A DNA stretch of 64,000 nucleotides from Candidatus Dormiibacterota bacterium (lineage in GTDB: Bacteria; Chloroflexota; Dormibacteria; Aeolococcales; Aeolococcaceae): contig DAIUFS010000002.1 of the NCBI GenBank assembly GCA_036844485.1, positions 11,085 to 75,084 of the forward strand, given 5' to 3'. A program made the position numbers and the translations under genes. This document shows, in pieces, positions 24,770 through 32,255 of the stretch. The first letter of the stretch is position 1; every line of letters starts with the position of its first letter. A model generated the notes under the pieces. That model was not told the DNA's origin. It saw only the letters and a list, made by a program, of their open reading frames with translations, and did no database searches.

Positions 24770-25699
24770 ATGACGCAGACCATTCGCCGCGGCAGCTTCC
24801 GCAGCCGCGGTCAGCGGCTCGCCTACACCATTCACGGCAGCGGAGATCGCCCGTTCGTCCTCCTGCCCGGCCTTCTGCTCCCGGCTCGGATGAACACGCC
24901 GCTGGCTGCGCACCTCGCCGAGCGCGGGCACCGCGTGATCCTGCTCGATCCGCTCGGCCAGGGGGGCTCTGCCCGCCCGATGGACATGTGGCGGTACTCG
25001 ATGACCCAGTTCGCGCGCGACGTGGTCGCCCTGCTCGACCATCTGAAACTCGACCAGGCGGTGGTGGGCGGAACCTCGCTCGGCGCCAACGTCACCCTGG
25101 AGGTCGCCTCGCTGGCCCCCGAACGGCTCCGCGCCATGGTGGTCGAGATGCCCGTCCTCGACAACGGGTTGGTGGCCAGCGCCATCACCTTTGCGCCGCT
25201 GCTCGTCTGGGTCACTCTGGGATGGCGGCTGATGCAGGTGGTGTCCAGATTGGCGCGGTTGATCCCATCGTCGCGGACGCCCTTCAACATCGACGTCCTT
25301 CTCGACGGGGTGCGGCAGGATCCGGGACCGAGCGGGGCGCTTCTCCAGGGGGTCTTCTTCGGTCGCACCGCCCCGCATCGGGATGAGCGGCGCACCTTCA
25401 CCGCCCCGGCCCTGGTGATCGGCCACCACCGTGACCCGGTTCACCCGTTCTCCGACGCCGGCATGCTGTCCCGGGAGCTCCCCAACGGCCGGCTCATCGA
25501 GGCCAGCTCGATCCTGGAGATGCGGATGCGCCCGGATCGCCTCTATGCCGAGATCGACGCCTTCCTCGACGAGGTGTGGGGTCCGCGGATGCGCGTGGTG
25601 CAGCGCCGGCGGCCCCGCGCCACGACCGCGCGCTCGGCGCGGCGGAGCACACGCCGGCCCGCGGTCGCCACGGCGAGGGCTCGGCGACCGACGTCCTGA
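24770..25699 (+). CDS. alpha/beta hydrolase fold protein with an Arg-rich C-terminal tail
   Basis: RPFVLLPGLL, nucleophile elbow VVGGTSLGA, HRDPVHPF. Start at the ATG at 24770. Confidence 0.8.
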   Translation: MTQTIRRGSFRSRGQRLAYTIHGSGDRPFVLLPGLLLPARMNTPLAAHLAERGHRVILLDPLGQGGSARPMDMWRYSMTQFARDVVALLDHLKLDQAVVGGTSLGANVTLEVASLAPERLRAMVVEMPVLDNGLVASAITFAPLLVWVTLGWRLMQVVSRLARLIPSSRTPFNIDVLLDGVRQDPGPSGALLQGVFFGRTAPHRDERRTFTAPALVIGHHRDPVHPFSDAGMLSRELPNGRLIEASSILEMRMRPDRLYAEIDAFLDEVWGPRMRVVQRRRPRATTARSARRSTRRPAVATARARRPTS

Positions 25700-25743
25700 G
25701 CAACCGTGTTGGGCTGGAACCGGGCCGGTATCCTTCGGCGGTC

Positions 25744-26778
25744 GTGTCCACCCGCGCGCCCGCCGACACCATACCGCCGCGCGGAGAGCGTCCCCGCGTG
25801 CTGAGTGGGATCCAGCCCACCTTCCAGCTCCACCTCGGCAACTACCTCGGCGCGCTGCGCCACTGGGCCCGCGAGCAGGACAGCTACGACAATTTCTTCT
25901 GCATCGTCGACCTCCACGCGCTCACCGTGGTGCCGGACCCCGAGCTGGTGCGGAGCAGCGTGCTCGAATTGGCAGCTCTCTATCTGGCGTGCGGGCTGAA
26001 CCCGGAGAAGAGCGTCATCTTCGTGCAGTCCCACGTCGCCGCGCACACTCAGCTGTGCTGGATCCTCGAGTGCCACACCCCGCTCGGGTGGCTGGAGCGG
26101 ATGACGCAGTTTCGAGCCAAGGCGGGAACCGGACGGGAGCGGGAGCGCGTTGCTGCCGGGCTGCTGACCTATCCGGACCTGATGGCGGCGGACATCCTCC
26201 TCTACGACGCCGACCTGGTTCCGGTCGGTGACGACCAGCGCCAGCACGTCGAGATCTGCCGCGACATCGCCCAGCGGATCAACAGCCTGCGCGGCGAGGT
26301 GTTCCGGCTCCCGCAACCCCTGATTCGCAGCACCGGGGCGCGGGTCATGGGCCTCGACGACCCCACCGCCAAGATGAGCAAGAGCACGGCGCTGGTCAAG
26401 CCGGGCCACGCCATCCTCCTGCTCGACCCGCCGGACACCGTCCGCCGCAAGATCGCCCGCGCTACGACGGACAACAATCCCGCCGTGGCCGAGCCGGTCG
26501 GCGCCGGGGTTGGCAACCTGCTCGACATCCATGCCGCCATCAGCGGCAAGACCAGGGCCGAGACGGTCGCGAACTTCAAGGGTGCGAGTTATGGTGCGCT
26601 TAAGGCCGCCGTGGCGGACGCGATCAACGAGGTGCTTGAACCCGTGCAGCGTCGATATCGCGATGTGCGCGCTGACGAAGCAGCCCTGCGCAGCGTCCTC
26701 GAGCGCGGCGCGGAGCATGCGGCCGCAGTCGCCGGCCCCACCCTGCTGCGCGTGCAGCGTGCGGTGGGACTCCGCTGA
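25744..26778 (+). CDS. trpS: tryptophan--tRNA ligase
   Basis: SGIQPTFQLHLGNYLGAL (HIGH-class motif), GDDQRQHVE, KMSKS. Start uncertain (GTG at 25744 chosen). Confidence 0.9.
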   Translation: MSTRAPADTIPPRGERPRVLSGIQPTFQLHLGNYLGALRHWAREQDSYDNFFCIVDLHALTVVPDPELVRSSVLELAALYLACGLNPEKSVIFVQSHVAAHTQLCWILECHTPLGWLERMTQFRAKAGTGRERERVAAGLLTYPDLMAADILLYDADLVPVGDDQRQHVEICRDIAQRINSLRGEVFRLPQPLIRSTGARVMGLDDPTAKMSKSTALVKPGHAILLLDPPDTVRRKIARATTDNNPAVAEPVGAGVGNLLDIHAAISGKTRAETVANFKGASYGALKAAVADAINEVLEPVQRRYRDVRADEAALRSVLERGAEHAAAVAGPTLLRVQRAVGLR

Positions 26779-26819
26779 GCTTCACCATCGCGACCCCGAT
26801 CCCTCATCAGCGCCCACCG

Positions 26820-27311
26820 CTGATCGGCGTCTGTGGAACGTCGCGCGACGACTCCACCACCGATGCGCTGGCAGAGCGCGTGGGGCACCTGATCGCGTCG
26901 CGTGGCGGCATCGTGGTCTGCGGCGGCCTCGGCGGGGTGATGGCGGCGGCGGCACGCGGAGCCGCCCGGGCCGGCGGGTTCAGCATCGGCCTGCTCCCCG
27001 GCGACCGTGCCGAGGATGCCGCCGCGGATGTTTCGCTGGCGATCCCCACCGGGATGGGGGAGATGCGCAATGCTCTGATCGTGCGCGCGTGCCCGGTGAT
27101 CATCGCCATCGGAGGCGCCTACGGCACCATCAGCGAGATCGGGTTGGCGCTGCGCAACCGGCGGCCGGTGATCGGGCTCGACACCTGGGAGATCCGCCCG
27201 CCCCGCGGCCGCGGCCCCGACCCCGGAATTCGGCGCGCGAGCAGCCCTGATGAGGCGGTGACCATGGCGTTCGCGGCGGTCGACAGAGCCGCGGCGAGCG
27301 CGCGCCGCTGA
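26820..27311 (+). CDS. TIGR00725/LOG-like Rossmann-fold protein (DprA/SLOG-related)
   Basis: IGVCGTS...GGIVVCGGLGGVMAAAARGA..GG.SIGLLPG...PTGMGEMRNALIV...IAIGGAYGTISEIGLAL. The conserved N-terminus lies upstream of the first ATG/GTG/TTG (26880), so the true start is unresolved. Confidence 0.65.
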   Translation: MIGVCGTSRDDSTTDALAERVGHLIASRGGIVVCGGLGGVMAAAARGAARAGGFSIGLLPGDRAEDAAADVSLAIPTGMGEMRNALIVRACPVIIAIGGAYGTISEIGLALRNRRPVIGLDTWEIRPPRGRGPDPGIRRASSPDEAVTMAFAAVDRAAASARR

Positions 27312-27320
27312 GCGGGGCGA

Positions 27321-28457
27321 TCAGCGCCGAGGGGCCAGGGCGGCGTCCACCTCCTCGAGCATGGCGGCCACCTCCGGCCTGGCAAAGTGGGCGCGGGCCG
27401 GCTCGAGGCGGTCGATGAGTCGCGCCGCCAGCGCATTCTTGGCGTCCACCGGGTGCAGCTTGCCGCGACCGTAGGCATCGACGAGCTCCGCGTACGTTTC
27501 GAAGGTGATCGGGCCGCCGTTGGCCGCGCTGCGCTCGACGCGCACCGGGGCGTCGTCGAGGGCGAACACGAGCTGCTCGAACCAGTTGAGCACGGGGTTG
27601 AAGCGCGTTTCGTCAGGGGGGCAGAAGGCCTTGGCGACCCGCCGCCTGATGGTGTCTGGATCATCGTGGATGAACACCGCGGAGGAGGGGTCGGATTTGC
27701 TCATCTTCAATGTCGACGTGTCGACGTCGTCGGGGAGCGGCCACACCGGGGGCTTGCGGAGGCCGAGCAACAGGGGATGGTGCACCGCAGCCGGCTTGAT
27801 GGTGCGTCCCTCGCTGTCGGTCAGCCGGTTGGTTCGGATCTTGGTGGCCACGTCGCGGGCGATGACGTGCGCCTTGCGCTGCTCCGTGCCGGCGTGGGCG
27901 AGGTTGATGCCCTGGGCAAAGATGTCAGCCGCCTGCATCGCCGGATAGATGAGCTTGGCGAAGTCCACCGAGTCGCTCTGATCGCGGCCCAGGATGCTGA
28001 TGCTGCGCAGCATCCGTGCCAGCGTGGTGTGGCGGCTCACCTCGATGACCGTGGCCCAGTAATCGGGGTTGGTCCGGTAGAGGTCGGTGCCGAGCACGAA
28101 GTGCACGCGGGAAGGGTCGGCACCGACCGCCAGCAGCGACGCTCGCATCGCCTCGGTGAAGTAGCCGGTGGCGATGCGCCGGATCACCTCCCGGTCGCCG
28201 CCGAGCTTGTCGTTGATCCAGGTGTGCCAGTCGGCGAGCAGGATATGGCAGTCGATGTCCGCTTCCAGGAAGTCCCGAACCTTGCCCATCGACACCAGCC
28301 CGGTGCCGAGGTGGACCTTGCCGGAGATCTCGAAGCCGATGTAGTGGCGGATGGGTGTCGGAGTGCCGAGCAGCTCGAGCAGCTCGGTGCGTCCCATCAC
28401 CTCAGCGGTGTTGCGCTCGATGAGCGCCATGCGATCGGCGGGACTGAGAGTGGACAT
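27321..28457 (-). CDS. tyrS: tyrosine--tRNA ligase, archaeal/eukaryotic type
   Basis: Collinear with my memory of M. jannaschii TyrRS: LIERNTAEV, HYIGFEISGKVHLGTG, LLADWHTW, IYPAMQAADI, EQRKAHVIARD, KMSKS...FIHDDPDTIRRRVAKAFCPP, LHPVDAKNALA. No bacterial S4-like C-domain. Confidence 0.85.
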   Translation of the reverse strand: MSTLSPADRMALIERNTAEVMGRTELLELLGTPTPIRHYIGFEISGKVHLGTGLVSMGKVRDFLEADIDCHILLADWHTWINDKLGGDREVIRRIATGYFTEAMRASLLAVGADPSRVHFVLGTDLYRTNPDYWATVIEVSRHTTLARMLRSISILGRDQSDSVDFAKLIYPAMQAADIFAQGINLAHAGTEQRKAHVIARDVATKIRTNRLTDSEGRTIKPAAVHHPLLLGLRKPPVWPLPDDVDTSTLKMSKSDPSSAVFIHDDPDTIRRRVAKAFCPPDETRFNPVLNWFEQLVFALDDAPVRVERSAANGGPITFETYAELVDAYGRGKLHPVDAKNALAARLIDRLEPARAHFARPEVAAMLEEVDAALAPRR

Positions 28458-28469
28458 GGGCGACGGAGT

Positions 28470-29825
28470 CTAGAGATTGCCCGGCTCTGCCCGATCGGCC
28501 GGCCTCTCTGCGCGGAAGCTCCAGAAGCGCGGCAGCAGCGCGCTGAGAGCGAGCGTTCCCAGCACACACAGCACGCCACCGCTGACCACCGAGGCGCGCA
28601 CGCCGGCGAGCGCGCCGACAACACCGGCCTCGAGATTGCCGAGCGCGGGTCCGGACGAGTAGCTGATCATCTCGATGCCCGCCAGCCGGCCGCGCATGGC
28701 ATCGGGAATCGTCTGGTTCCACAGGGTCATGCGGAACAGCCCGCTGATCATGTCCGCTGCGCCCGCGGCGGCCAGCGCGATGAGCGCCAGCCAGAGGGAC
28801 GGTGCCAGCCCGAAGCCGACGATCGCGACGCCCCAGGCCCCGGCAGCGCAGGCGATGGCGCGCCCGTGATGGCGCACCGCCCTCGTCCAGCCGCTTGTGA
28901 GAGTGGCGAGCAACGACCCCACCGACGGCGCCGTGTAGAGCAGCCCGAGCACCGCGGGGCCGCCGAAAGCCACTGCGATCTGCGGGAAGAGCGCCATCGG
29001 CATGCCGAAGAACATGGCGTTCATGTCGATGAGATAGGAACCGAGCAGGTCCTGGCGGCGCGACGCATAGCGCAGCCCGCTGAGCACGGCCCGAACGCTC
29101 ACACCCTCCGCGTTGGGCGCCGGAGGAACGGCGCGCATCAGGCTGAGAACCACCAGGGAGATGACGAACGTGGCCGCGTCGACGCCGAATGCGGCGGGCA
29201 GTCCGGCGGTGGCGATGATGATCCCGGCGAGCGGCGGCCCCACCACCTGGCCGAGGTTGCCGCGCAGCGACTCGAGCGCAGCAGCCGCGGAGAGTCTGTC
29301 GCGCGCAACCAAGCGAGGCACCAAGGCATCCAGCGACGGTCGCTGCAACGCGTCGAGGCCCGCCGCCACCGCGACGGCGGCGAACAGCACCCACAGCCGG
29401 GGGTGGGGCAGCAGCGCGTTGACGACGAGAGCACCGACCACGGCGCAGAGACCGAGCTCGGTCAGCCGGACCATGCGACGGCGGTCGACCGCGTCGGCGA
29501 GCGCACCACCCACGAACGACATCAGCAGGATTGGCGCCAGCTCCGTGAGGCTGACGAGCCCGACCACGAGCGATGAACGGCTCAACGCGTAGGCCTGAAA
29601 GGGGATGGCGACGTACGTGATCATGCTGCCGGCAAAGGACACCGCCTGTCCGATGAAGAGCAACCGGAAGTCGCGCGACTCGCGCAGCGGCGATGTGTCG
29701 ACCGCAACCCTGGAGACCGCGCGTCGCAGTGCGGACCCGGGGGCTCGGATCGTCGAAGCGCTGGATGCCGGTTCGCCGAGCGGATCCGGGGTCGCGCGCG
29801 TGCGCGGCGGAATGGGCTCAGGCAC
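28470..29825 (-). CDS. MFS transporter (MFS_3/EntS-like)
   Basis: RDFRLLFIGQAVSFAGSMITYVAIPFQ and 12 TM segments. The start is inferred at the GTG at 29825, overlapping the S51 gene end; the longer 604-aa ORF overlaps the upstream gene. Confidence 0.72.
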   Translation of the reverse strand: MPEPIPPRTRATPDPLGEPASSASTIRAPGSALRRAVSRVAVDTSPLRESRDFRLLFIGQAVSFAGSMITYVAIPFQAYALSRSSLVVGLVSLTELAPILLMSFVGGALADAVDRRRMVRLTELGLCAVVGALVVNALLPHPRLWVLFAAVAVAAGLDALQRPSLDALVPRLVARDRLSAAAALESLRGNLGQVVGPPLAGIIIATAGLPAAFGVDAATFVISLVVLSLMRAVPPAPNAEGVSVRAVLSGLRYASRRQDLLGSYLIDMNAMFFGMPMALFPQIAVAFGGPAVLGLLYTAPSVGSLLATLTSGWTRAVRHHGRAIACAAGAWGVAIVGFGLAPSLWLALIALAAAGAADMISGLFRMTLWNQTIPDAMRGRLAGIEMISYSSGPALGNLEAGVVGALAGVRASVVSGGVLCVLGTLALSALLPRFWSFRAERPADRAEPGNL

Positions 29826-30525
29826 CGGGCGCAGGGATCCCGGCGATTGACTCGCCGGAGGCGAAGCGGCTGTGCCCTTTCCCAATGACCACGGTGACGA
29901 CGCCCGGCCCGGCCGCCCACCAGTGGCCGGCGCGCCAGACCGCGGCAGTGCGCTCGTCCACCCCGACCAAGGTGGTGCCACCTCCAAGTGCCTGCTGCGC
30001 TGATGGAATCCAGCGCTCGCCGAACGTGTCGAAGTGGGGGAGAAGGGCGCAGTCCGGCACCACAGCGAGCGCGTCGGCAGCCCGGCGGGTGGTGTGGTCC
30101 GGCGAGCGGTCGCGCACCAGGGTCCAGCGACACAGCGCCATGGCGCCGGCGGACGAGCCCGCCAGCGCGGCACCAGCCTTCCAGGCGCTGACGATGGCCT
30201 CCCAGACTGGCGTACCGGACAGAAGCTGGACGGTGCGTCCCGGGTCGCCCCCGGCCAGGTACACGAGGCCGGCGGTGTGCGCAACCTCGACCGTGGCCGG
30301 CGCGGCGGCGTCCGACCGGGAGCGCACGCGCAGCTCGGTCACGTCCACGCCGAGCGTGGCGAACCATCGGCGCGCCGTCTCCGCCGCCTGCTCCGGGTGG
30401 GTGCGCACCGCGGCACACACCACGAACGCCGGCCGGCCGCCGGCGGCCTCGGCGAGCACGCGGTCCTGCTCGTCGTTGCCCGGTCCGAACTCGGCGCCGC
30501 CCACGAGCGCAAGAGGTCCGGACAT
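29818..30525 (-). CDS. peptidase S51 (dipeptidase E/cyanophycinase-like) family protein
   Basis: LALVGGAEF...LVYLAGGDP...AGSSAGAMAL (nucleophile Ser context). Confidence 0.72.
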   Translation of the reverse strand: MSGPLALVGGAEFGPGNDEQDRVLAEAAGGRPAFVVCAAVRTHPEQAAETARRWFATLGVDVTELRVRSRSDAAAPATVEVAHTAGLVYLAGGDPGRTVQLLSGTPVWEAIVSAWKAGAALAGSSAGAMALCRWTLVRDRSPDHTTRRAADALAVVPDCALLPHFDTFGERWIPSAQQALGGGTTLVGVDERTAAVWRAGHWWAAGPGVVTVVIGKGHSRFASGESIAGIPAPGA

Positions 30526-30584
30526 GACCGGGAGGATACGGCTCAGTCGGTCGGTCGCCTCCCGCTCCCTACACTGACGCGCGC

Positions 30585-31340
30585 ATGATCGACAGAGACA
30601 AGTACGCGGCGGCGGCCATCGTGTCGCGCCGCGACCTCGCCCCCGACCTCTGGGTGGTGCGGATCCGACCGGACTGCGAGCTGCCGTTCCGCCCCGGCCA
30701 GTACGTGACCCTGGGGCTGGAGCTGGACGGCCACATCGTCGAGCGGCCGTACTCGATCGCCTCCGATCCCGCTGAGGATGAGATCGAGCTCTTCATCGAG
30801 CGCGTCCCCGACGGGGAGCTGTCGGCTCCGCTCCACGACGTTCCCATCGGGGACACCACCCTGGTGCGCAAGCGGTGCAAGGGGCTGTTCCTCAAGGATG
30901 CCCCGGTGCTCGACCAGGCGCACGTGTTCGTGGCGACGGTCACGGGCATCGCGCCCTTCGTCAGCATCCTGCGCAGCCTGGCCCGGCGCCAGGCCAGCGG
31001 CGAGTGGGTCGCTGACCAGCCGGTGGTGGCCCTCCAGGGCGCCAGCCGCTCCGAAGAGCTCGGCTACGAGGAGGAGTTGCGCGCGCTGGACGACGCCTGC
31101 GACTGGTTCACGTACGTGCCCACCATCAGTCGCCCCTGGGACGATCCCGAGTGGTCGGGCGAGACCGGCCGCGTCGAGGATGTCCTGCGCAAGCACGCCG
31201 ACCTGGCTGGGCTGCGCCCCGGCCATGGTGCCATCTATCTGTGCGGGAATCCCGAGATGATCGGCAAGGCCCACGGCATCATGCGGCGCCGCGGGTTTGG
31301 CGACAAGGAGATCCGCGAAGAGCAGTACTGGCCGGACTGA
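30585..31340 (+). CDS. ferredoxin--NADP(+) reductase (Fpr-type FAD/NAD(P)-binding oxidoreductase)
   Basis: RPGQYVTLGL, RPYSIAS (FAD motif), TGIAPF, and LCGNPEMI near a C-terminal aromatic residue. Confidence 0.85.
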   Translation: MIDRDKYAAAAIVSRRDLAPDLWVVRIRPDCELPFRPGQYVTLGLELDGHIVERPYSIASDPAEDEIELFIERVPDGELSAPLHDVPIGDTTLVRKRCKGLFLKDAPVLDQAHVFVATVTGIAPFVSILRSLARRQASGEWVADQPVVALQGASRSEELGYEEELRALDDACDWFTYVPTISRPWDDPEWSGETGRVEDVLRKHADLAGLRPGHGAIYLCGNPEMIGKAHGIMRRRGFGDKEIREEQYWPD

Positions 31341-31366
31341 AAATCTGAGCACGCCCGGTCGGTCGC

Positions 31367-32074
31367 CTATTTGAACCCGTAGCGGCCCTCGTGGAAGTCG
31401 CCGGTCTCGACCCACTGGTCGATGACAAGGTCGACCACCGCGTCGTTGACCTCGGAGAGGCCGAGCGTGCGAGCGTTGCCCTCGACCGCTTCGAGCACCT
31501 GCCCGCGAACGAAGTCGGGGATGCGCTCGAAGCGGCTCCGCGCCGAGTCCGTCCACGGCAGCGCGTCGCGGTCACGCTCTTCGATGGCGTGCGACACCCG
31601 GCCCCAGAGCTCGTACTTGACCTCCATCTCGACCGGGGTGATGGTGGTGCCCAGCCCCAGCTTGCGAGCCGTCCATTCGACTCGCCATCGGGTCAGGTCA
31701 CGGCAGAACTCGGGCACCTCCGCCAACCTCGCCTCTGCCTCCGGCGTCCAGCTGAACACCACCTCGGTGCCGGTGCGGTCACTGAGTGGGTGGCCATAGC
31801 CGAGCTTCTTGCCGAGCGTCCGGACGAAGAGGTCGGTGATCTCTTCGACGCGATCGCGCTGGGCACGGGCTTCCACCACCCGTTCGGCCATGCCCGCGGC
31901 GCGCTCCGGGTCGATCCGGCTCACTGCCGCGCGATCGCGTCCCGTCTCAGCCGCGCGGTGGGCGTCCGCGGTCCAGGTGAGGGGCGGGTGGGCGGCGCCG
32001 ACGTGCACCGGACAGCCGGCCTGGTCGGCGTCGTGCACCACCGGGCAGCCAGGCTCGTCTCGCGTTTCGGACAT
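31367..32074 (-). CDS. PCP_red-domain protein (two protochlorophyllide-reductase-B C-terminal-like domains) with an N-terminal double GCPV motif
   Basis: FSWTPEAEARLAEVPEFCRDLTRW... and LPWTDSARSRFERIPDFVRGQVLEAVEGNARTLGL match the W-T-x-E-A...IP-x-F-V-R pattern. The N-terminus has GCPVVH and GCPVHV. Confidence 0.7.
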   Translation of the reverse strand: MSETRDEPGCPVVHDADQAGCPVHVGAAHPPLTWTADAHRAAETGRDRAAVSRIDPERAAGMAERVVEARAQRDRVEEITDLFVRTLGKKLGYGHPLSDRTGTEVVFSWTPEAEARLAEVPEFCRDLTRWRVEWTARKLGLGTTITPVEMEVKYELWGRVSHAIEERDRDALPWTDSARSRFERIPDFVRGQVLEAVEGNARTLGLSEVNDAVVDLVIDQWVETGDFHEGRYGFK

Positions 32075-32255
32075 CGGTCAACCCTCCCACGTGTCGCCGC
32101 GCTCGAGGTGATTCTACGCTGAGGTCGGCGGCGTCCCGACGCGGGCGCTCAGGCCCATGACCCCGCTCGCTATCATCGGACGACGCGGTTGCGAGTGGCG
32201 CTCCGGACCGGTCGCGCGCGGCGGTCGACGTTGCATCTGCCTGGCAGGGGAGCGG

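Noticed and set aside
27387-29576. 729-aa plus-strand ORF opposite tyrS and the MFS gene.
   Set aside because: Arg/Gly/Asp/His-rich nonsense-like translation opposite two motif-rich genes.
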